Positions 58,204 to 64,000 of a DNA stretch of 64,000 nucleotides are shown piece by piece; within the stretch, counting starts at the first letter, position 1, and every line of letters starts with the position of its first letter. Position numbers and translations under genes: made by a program. Source of the stretch: Candidatus Kaiserbacteria bacterium. GTDB taxonomy: Bacteria; Patescibacteriota; Minisyncoccia; Phycocordibacterales; Phycocordibacteraceae. The notes under the pieces are model-generated. The model was not told the origin of the DNA, searched no databases, and saw only the letters and a list, made by a program, of their open reading frames with translations. The stretch is from the NCBI GenBank assembly GCA_963813065.1, contig CAWEXP010000009.1, positions 1,931 through 65,930 on the forward strand, read 5' to 3'.

Positions 58204-58878
58204 ATGATTGATGTAAAAAATTTGGTAAAGACGTTCAAGGATGGTCCGCGCGAGACGCGCGTGCTGAAGGGCATCAATTTCAAAGTCGAGGATGGCGAGT
58301 TCGTCGCCATCATGGGCCGTTCGGGCGCGGGCAAGAGCACCTTTATGTACCAAATGTCGCTTCTCGACGAGCCGACCAGCGGCGAAATTCATATCAATGG
58401 TATCGAGGCGCACACCATGACGAGTCGCGAGAAAATGCATCTCCGCCTCACCGAGTTCGGCTACGTCTTCCAGGATTATGCGCTCCTGCCCGAGTTGACC
58501 GCGCTCGAGAACGTCGTCGTGCCACTTCTCATGCAAGGACTCTCGGTGAGCCACGCCGAGGCGGAGGCGGGGAAGGCGCTCGGCCGCGTCGGACTCGAGG
58601 GTCGCCTCGACAATCTCCCGAGCCAGCTCTCGGGCGGCGAACAACAGCGCGTCTCGATTGCGCGCGCCGTTGCCCACAACCCCTCGGTCCTTTTCGCCGA
58701 CGAACCGACCGCAAACCTCGATCGCGAATCCTCGGGCACCGTCATGCAACTTTTCAAAAATCTCCACGACGCGGGGCAGACCATCATCATGGTAACGCAC
58801 GAAGAAGAGTACGCGCGCCTCGCGAGTCGGCTGGTCAAGCTCGACGACGGCAATATCGTTTCAGAAGAGAAGTTATAA
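58204..58878 (+). CDS. ABC transporter ATP-binding protein (MacB/LolD-like)
   Basis: Walker A GRSGAGKST, signature LSGGEQQR, Walker B LFADEPT. Confidence 0.85.
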   Translation: MIDVKNLVKTFKDGPRETRVLKGINFKVEDGEFVAIMGRSGAGKSTFMYQMSLLDEPTSGEIHINGIEAHTMTSREKMHLRLTEFGYVFQDYALLPELTALENVVVPLLMQGLSVSHAEAEAGKALGRVGLEGRLDNLPSQLSGGEQQRVSIARAVAHNPSVLFADEPTANLDRESSGTVMQLFKNLHDAGQTIIMVTHEEEYARLASRLVKLDDGNIVSEEKL

Positions 58879-58885
58879 TAGAGCG

Positions 58886-59059
58886 ATGAGTAGCAAAGCG
58901 TGGGTCTGGGGCGGAGCGGCAATCGGCTCGACCGTCGGGAGTATCCTGCCGTACTTCTGGAACGGCGACTGGTTCTCCTATTCACTCTGGGGCACCATCG
59001 GCGCCATAGTCGGGATTTGGTGTGGCTTCAAACTCGCGAAGGCGACCGGAGCATTCTGA
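58886..59059 (+). CDS. 57-aa glycine-zipper small membrane protein
   Basis: MSSKAWVWGGAAIGSTVGSILPYFWNGDWFSYSLWGTIGAIVGIWCGFKLAKATGAF. Below the ORF-track cut-off. A terminator at 59080-59110 follows. Confidence 0.3.
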   Translation: MSSKAWVWGGAAIGSTVGSILPYFWNGDWFSYSLWGTIGAIVGIWCGFKLAKATGAF

Positions 59060-59117
59060 CTGAATACAAAACACCCGCGGCGGTACTCCGCCGCGGGTGT
59101 TTTTTGATTGAATCTAA

Positions 59118-59507
59118 TTACCCGATGAATCCGCTGTAGGCGAGGTAGGCACCGACCACGAACACGATGATGCCGATCAGCGACCAGAGCTTCTCGATCA
59201 TCTCGGCTCGGTAGAGGCCGCGCAGTCCGGCCGGAGGGACGAGGAGGAAGGCCGCACCTTTCACCACCATCGCCCAACCGATGAGGGTGACCACGAAGGC
59301 GAGCACACCGGCGTTCCAAATATTGTGGGTCAGCACGACGACGAGACCGAGGAAGAGCGTCACGAACCCGGTCATCATCAGGGTGCCACGATGTTCGAGC
59401 AGGTCGTGCGTGGCCTGCTTCATCATGTTTCGGTTAATCAGCATCGCGAGGCCGAGGGCACCATAGAGAAAGCCGAAGATTTCTGCGTAGAAATAAGTAA
59501 GTGGCAT
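59118..59507 (-). CDS. integral membrane protein
   Basis: 4 TM; start probably MPLTYFYAEIF. Confidence 0.35.
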   Translation of the reverse strand: MPLTYFYAEIFGFLYGALGLAMLINRNMMKQATHDLLEHRGTLMMTGFVTLFLGLVVVLTHNIWNAGVLAFVVTLIGWAMVVKGAAFLLVPPAGLRGLYRAEMIEKLWSLIGIIVFVVGAYLAYSGFIG

Positions 59508-59578
59508 AGGGGGGAATAGGTGTATAAGCGAACCCAGATAGTATAGAACAAAAAACTTTGATACAGTGCCTTGGCACT

Positions 59579-59667
59579 GGAGGGGTCGCATAGAGGCCTA
59601 GTGCGGCGGGTTGCTAACTCGCTATACGGGTTAAACCGTATCGAGGGTTCGAATCCCTCCCCCTCCG
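59579..59667 (+). tRNA. tRNA-Ser (anticodon GCU), CCA not encoded
   Basis: Acceptor GGAGGGG/CCCCTCC. Anticodon loop TTGCTAA. Long variable arm TATACGGGTTAAACCGTATC. T-arm GAGGG-TTCGAAT-CCCTC. Confidence 0.85.
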
Positions 59668-59736
59668 CCCGTACTTGCTTTTATCTATATACTGTGGTAT
59701 CGTCTCCTTCAGGAAAGTTTCAGAGGAGAAAAAGTC

Positions 59737-60325
59737 ATGTGCACGGTCGTAGGAAAAGATGCCGCCATCGCGGTCTCGATTGACGATTTGCAAACGTTCG
59801 GTTGTCCGTACTGCGGCTACCGTTCGGGCTATACGCCAATTTCTGGCTATGGCACAGCGGTGTGGGTGTGCGGAGAATGCGGAAAGACCTCGTGTGTGCT
59901 CGCAAAGGGTCTCGAAGTCTCCCGCATCAGCTTCGGCAGTCCGCCAGTCTACCCGAAACTCGTCGAACATCCGCGCAAAGGAATCCCCGCGCACGGCGCA
60001 CTCGACACGAGGCCCGAGCATGGAGAATTTTTCCGTCCACGAGAGATTGGGAGCGGCGTTACGCCTGGCTGTTTCGTTTGTGGCGGCCCTGAGCGCTTGT
60101 ACACCGATATGGCCGGGTTCGTGCAGTGCAAGGACGCGGGCGAACGCGTGGTCAAGCTCTTTGAGCACGGCGCGTGGCTCGACTATCGCGAGTACGAGCC
60201 CGACCGCGTGCAGGTCAAGATTGGCGCATGCGATACGCACGTGCCGAATCTCAAGCGTCTTGTACGAGCTCGTGCGGGACGCCGTCATCACGCCAGAACT
60301 CATCAAAGAAGCTCAAGAAACATAA
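59737..60325 (+). CDS. multi-CxxC zinc-ribbon protein; frameshift near 60250
   Basis: CPYCGY...CGECGKTSC...CFVCGG... The last ~25 aa (…LYELVRDAVITPELIKEAQET-stop at 60325) are in another frame. Terminator at 60335. Confidence 0.4.
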
Positions 60326-60382
60326 GAGTAACGCGCCCGGATTCGTCCGGGCGCTTTTTATATCCGGTGCTATAGTTCCCGC

Positions 60383-61468
60383 ATGGACATCGCTCACTCG
60401 CTCTACAAAGCCGCCAAGCCGCTTATTTATATGACCGATCCGGAGATGGCGCACGAGGCGATGCTCTTCGCCGGCGAGCTCTCGGGCTCGACACTACTTA
60501 CGCGCGCAGTCATCGCGAGCATGTATCGCTATCGCGGAGAGGATATTTCGAAAGTAGTCGATGGAGTGAAATACGAGACGCCCGTGCTCCTCTCCGCTGG
60601 GTTCGACCCGAACGGCCGCCTCACGCGCGTAATGCGCGATATGTCCTTCGGTGGCGAAGAGATCGGCTCGACAACGGCGTATCCCTGCATTGGGAACCCC
60701 AAGCCGCGCATGACGCGCTTGCCCAAGAACGAGAGCATCATCGTCTACAAGGGCCTGCGCAATCACGGCGTCGACACGCTGATTAAGAAATTACAGAGGA
60801 CGAAGAGCGCGCCGGGCTACGTGCTCGGCATCTCGATTGCACTCACCAATTATCGCAAGGAGAGTTGTGCGACGATCGAGGGCGCGATCGAGGATTACGT
60901 CATCTCATTTAAAAAATTGAACGAGGCAAAAGTGGGCGATTACTACACGCTCAATATTTCTTGCCCCAACACCAACGGCGGCGTCGAGGAGATGTTGCAA
61001 GAGCCGGAGAATTTCGAAAAACTGCTCGTCGCGATTAAAAAAATCCCGAGCACCCAGCCGCTCTATATCAAGATGCCGATTAACCTAACGATGGACCACT
61101 TCGATGCGCTTCTCGACGTCGCGGATAAAAATGGTGTCGACGGCGTCATCTGCGGCAACCTTAATAAAAACTGGGACGAACTCGACGATCGGAGCGAAGC
61201 GCCCAAAGCGTGGCGTGGCGGCCTCTCGGGCAAGCCCTGCTGGGCGCGCTCGACCGCACTCGTGCGTCACACGCGCGAGAAATATGGAAAGCGGTTTACG
61301 ATTATCGGCACGGGCGGCATCCTCTCGCCCGAGGACGCGATGGAAAAATTCCGCGCGGGCGCCGACCTCGTGCAGATGATTTCCGGCATGATTTTCGATT
61401 CGCCTTCAATCATGAAGCACATCTGCGAACGGTACGCAAAAGAGCGTCCAGGTTATACTCACCCGTAA
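60383..61468 (+). CDS. pyrD: dihydroorotate dehydrogenase (quinone; class 2)
   Basis: 361 aa with ...GFDPNG...NISCPNT...IIGTGGI... Confidence 0.85.
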   Translation: MDIAHSLYKAAKPLIYMTDPEMAHEAMLFAGELSGSTLLTRAVIASMYRYRGEDISKVVDGVKYETPVLLSAGFDPNGRLTRVMRDMSFGGEEIGSTTAYPCIGNPKPRMTRLPKNESIIVYKGLRNHGVDTLIKKLQRTKSAPGYVLGISIALTNYRKESCATIEGAIEDYVISFKKLNEAKVGDYYTLNISCPNTNGGVEEMLQEPENFEKLLVAIKKIPSTQPLYIKMPINLTMDHFDALLDVADKNGVDGVICGNLNKNWDELDDRSEAPKAWRGGLSGKPCWARSTALVRHTREKYGKRFTIIGTGGILSPEDAMEKFRAGADLVQMISGMIFDSPSIMKHICERYAKERPGYTHP

Positions 61469-61471
61469 CGT

Positions 61472-61822
61472 ATGAATCCCGAAGCCCATAAAATTATTCC
61501 CGAGACCGTCGCAGATGCGGCAGTGCTCTATGAGGGCAAAGTATTTCAGGGAACTACACACGGGCACGCCCTCGGCAAATTGCTTGAATATCTAAAAGGT
61601 GCGGATCCAGATTTATATACCAAGGTTGGTGGAGAGGAGTATGGGCTCGTCGAGGAGCTCGAACACCGTTCGCCGGGTACTTATGACTTCGAAGGATTTG
61701 TTACTAGTACCGGTCGATACATCAATCGAACCGAGGCAAATACCATCGCCGAAAGGAATGGTCAGCGCATCGGCTGGAAGCCTCCCGGTAGTGATTTGTA
61801 TTCGGAAGAACTAAGAGGCTAG
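61472..61822 (+). CDS. hypothetical protein
   Basis: 116-aa ORF translationally coupled to pyrD. Confidence 0.35.
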   Translation: MNPEAHKIIPETVADAAVLYEGKVFQGTTHGHALGKLLEYLKGADPDLYTKVGGEEYGLVEELEHRSPGTYDFEGFVTSTGRYINRTEANTIAERNGQRIGWKPPGSDLYSEELRG

Positions 61823-61862
61823 ATTTTTATATAAAAAAGGACACCCGAGGGTGTCCGTGTCG

Positions 61863-62366
61863 TTAGTGTTTGTTGTCGGCGATAATTTGCGACGCCGCTT
61901 TGAGAATCGCGGTGGTCGAGGAATAGTCCACGACATCGCGAATGATTTTTGTGCCCCTTCGCGCATGTTCTCGCCCGACGATGGTGTGTTCAAGATTGCG
62001 GAACTCGTCATTCTTGAAGATCCAGTCTGGCTCGGTGAGTTTCGCCACGAGGCCGAAGTCCTCAACGCTGTTGATGATGCATGAGAATGTTACCTGCTTG
62101 AGCGCGTCGACGATCGCGACACGACGCGAGTCGTAGATTACGGGGCGTCCCTCGCCCTTATGCGCACGCACCAGCTCGTCCGAGTCGACGCCGACGATGA
62201 GCACGTCGCACCACCGCTGACATTTGATGAGATAGTCGAGATGCAGGCAGTGGAATAGGTCGAAGGAGCCGGAGGTGAGACCGATAGTCTGATTTTTCTC
62301 TTGAGTTTGCTTGAGATAGGACTGAACCACCTCGACCGAAGTCGATTCTTTCAGATCAAAGAGCAT
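61863..62366 (-). CDS. cytidylyltransferase-like nucleotidyltransferase (HxGH family)
   Basis: TSGSFDLFHCLHLDYL (HxGH-type motif) ... ISST-like region. Confidence 0.6.
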   Translation of the reverse strand: MLFDLKESTSVEVVQSYLKQTQEKNQTIGLTSGSFDLFHCLHLDYLIKCQRWCDVLIVGVDSDELVRAHKGEGRPVIYDSRRVAIVDALKQVTFSCIINSVEDFGLVAKLTEPDWIFKNDEFRNLEHTIVGREHARRGTKIIRDVVDYSSTTAILKAASQIIADNKH

Positions 62367-62404
62367 TATCGTTTCCTCCAGAAACCGCCAGAGTTATACC
62401 ATGC

Positions 62405-63067
62405 TTAGTGCGCCCAGGCAATTGCGAGGACATTTTGTGCTCCCGCAGATTTGAGCGCAGAACACGCCGAGGCGAGTGTCGCGCCGGTGGTAACGACGTC
62501 GTCGCAGACAATGTAGGTATGCTCGGCCCCACTTCGCTCTTCGAGCCTTGTCGGGCATTGGAAGGCGCCGCGCATGTTGCTCAAGCGTTCTCGGCGGGGG
62601 AGCGAGACTTGGGATGTGGTTTCTCTTGTGCGCACTAACAAATTGGGGCTCGTGATTATTTTAACGTCTGTTGTCCCTACTTCGCTAAAGCTACGTAGGG
62701 CACGGCGCGTCACTTCTTCGACCTGATTGAATCCGCGCTCACGTCGCCGCTCTTTCCCTAGTGGCACCGGCACGAGTACGATGTTGGGTTTCGTAAACCC
62801 TACATTCTCGCTTACGAGCTCATGCAGATATTCGGCGAGTGCCGAAGCGAGAAGCATAAATGCTTTCTCGTTGCCGTGATATTTTGCCTCGTGGATTGCC
62901 GCGCGGACGGAATCGTCGGGGAAGGGTAGGAGTGCGGTTACGATGAGGCCGCCCCCGCCGACGATTTCCGGCGCGAGGAGTGCGAGGAAGTCGTCGGGCG
63001 AGCAATCGCGCACTCTTTTTTCATCGGCGCGGGTGGGGAAAAGCAGTTCGAACAGGCGAGCGAGCAT
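62405..63067 (-). CDS. comF: ComF-family phosphoribosyltransferase-like competence protein
   Basis: ...RGFNQVEE... and the PRTase motif YIVCDDVVTTGATL. It contains the 28-bp repeat at 62675-62702. Confidence 0.75.
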   Translation of the reverse strand: MLARLFELLFPTRADEKRVRDCSPDDFLALLAPEIVGGGGLIVTALLPFPDDSVRAAIHEAKYHGNEKAFMLLASALAEYLHELVSENVGFTKPNIVLVPVPLGKERRRERGFNQVEEVTRRALRSFSEVGTTDVKIITSPNLLVRTRETTSQVSLPRRERLSNMRGAFQCPTRLEERSGAEHTYIVCDDVVTTGATLASACSALKSAGAQNVLAIAWAH

Positions 63068-63086
63068 TGGACGTAGTATACTGTCG

Positions 63087-64000
63087 GCATGTCACTGTTC
63101 GGAAATCTCTTCGGTGCAAAAAAGGGCGGCAGTGTACTCGGCGTGGACATCGGCTCCTCGTCCTTGAAGGTCGTGCAATTGAAAAAGCAGGGTGGCAAAG
63201 CGGTGCTCGAGACCTATGGCGAACTCTCGCTCGGTCCCTACGGCGGCGGCAAGGTGGGGCAGGCGACGAATCTTGCACCCGAGCAGATTGCCGAGACCTT
63301 GAAGGATCTCTTGCGCGAAGCGAAGGTGACGACCGCCAACTGCGGCGTCTCGATTCCGTATGCGCGCTCGCTCCTCACGCTTGTTGATCTCCCGCGCCGC
63401 AAGGATCCGGCGGAGCAGAAGACGATCATCGAGCTCGAAGCGCGTAAATTTATTCCCGTGCCAATCGAGGAAGTCCAGCTCGACTGGTTCCTGGTGCCTG
63501 ATGCGGCGCCGGGCAAGCAGGATCCGCAGGATACTGAGAAAGTGAAAGTGCTGATTGTCGCGGTCCACAACGACGAACTCAAGCTCCTCGAGAGCGTCAT
63601 GAAAAATGCGAATCTTGCCGCCAGTTTTTATGAAATCGAAATTTTCAGCACCATCCGCGCGGTGATCGACGAGCCCGTGAAGCCGGTGATGGTGCTCGAC
63701 ATTGGTGCGGCCTCGACCAAGGCGTACATCGTCGAACGCGGCGTCGTCGCGCTCTCGCACGCCATCGCGGTCGGGAGTCAGGACATCACGCGCGCCATCG
63801 CCGCCTCAGGCAACCTCACGCTCGAACGCGCCGAAGCACTGAAGAAGGAAGAAGGCTTGGGCGAAGACGGTGAGCGTTCGGCGCTCGAGCAGGTCTTCAA
63901 TCGCATCTTCACCGAGGCGCGGCGCGTGGTGACCGAGTTCGAGACTGCCAATAACAAATCGATTACCTCGATTGTGCTCACTGGCGGTGGCGGGGTGACG
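63087..64000 (+). CDS. pilM: type IV pilus assembly protein PilM (3' partial, runs off window)
   Basis: MSLFGN...GVDIGSSSLKVVQL...VLDIGAASTKAYIVERG... actin-like ATPase. Confidence 0.75.

Overview
This window is a high-GC (~60%) bacterial ribosomal-protein superoperon running from tuf to secY and into adk-map. The operon has been broken up repeatedly by accessory DNA. The gene set loosely resembles a streamlined CPR/Patescibacteria-type lineage: L30 is absent between rpsE and rplO, there are very many intrinsic terminators, and ComF and PilM are present. That placement is tentative.

Main structural features:
- The left end (1-4150) is a mosaic. It holds an IS66-family remnant with frameshifted orfB and a disrupted tnpC. 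It also holds an internal miaB fragment and a 3' fusA fragment that abut on opposite strands, so the str operon is decapitated.
- Downstream comes tuf-rpsJ, then two small lower-GC ORFs, then rplC-rplD-rplW-rplB.
- A ~3.9-kb lower-GC island follows, carrying hypothetical genes and one IS30-family element.
- After the island the operon continues rpsS...rpsQ...secY.
- A second, virtually identical IS30 copy lies inverted 26.4 kb downstream, where it splits msrA. Both copies have 3-bp target-site duplications.
- The rpsS-rplV-rpsC-rplP-rpmC-rpsQ block just downstream of the first IS30 contains roughly ten frameshifts or in-frame stops, while flanking ribosomal genes are intact.

The remainder encodes:
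- the infC-rpmI-rplT operon, an msrA/msrB/VKOR/bcp redox cluster, an ECF sigma/anti-sigma pair, groES/groEL and a MacAB-like efflux system;
- RNase J with an Arg/Gly/Pro-rich N-terminal tail, pyrD, comF, pilM, and a tRNA-Ser(GCU).

The most unusual signals are:
- a ~115-nt repeat present twice, 3' of fre and 3' of a HAD gene, whose two hairpins differ by compensatory base changes, which suggests a structured RNA;
- a 28-bp exact repeat embedded in two unrelated CDSs, nth and comF;
- a tandemly duplicated small-protein gene pair with a conserved promoter/operator, flanked by a PLD-family nuclease, a CYTH protein and a PolB-like 3'-5' exonuclease;
- paralogous coiled-coil minigenes inserted at two places in the ribosomal operon;
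- an A6 tract immediately after the IS30 transposase ATG, which puts the HTH domain in the +1 frame in both copies.
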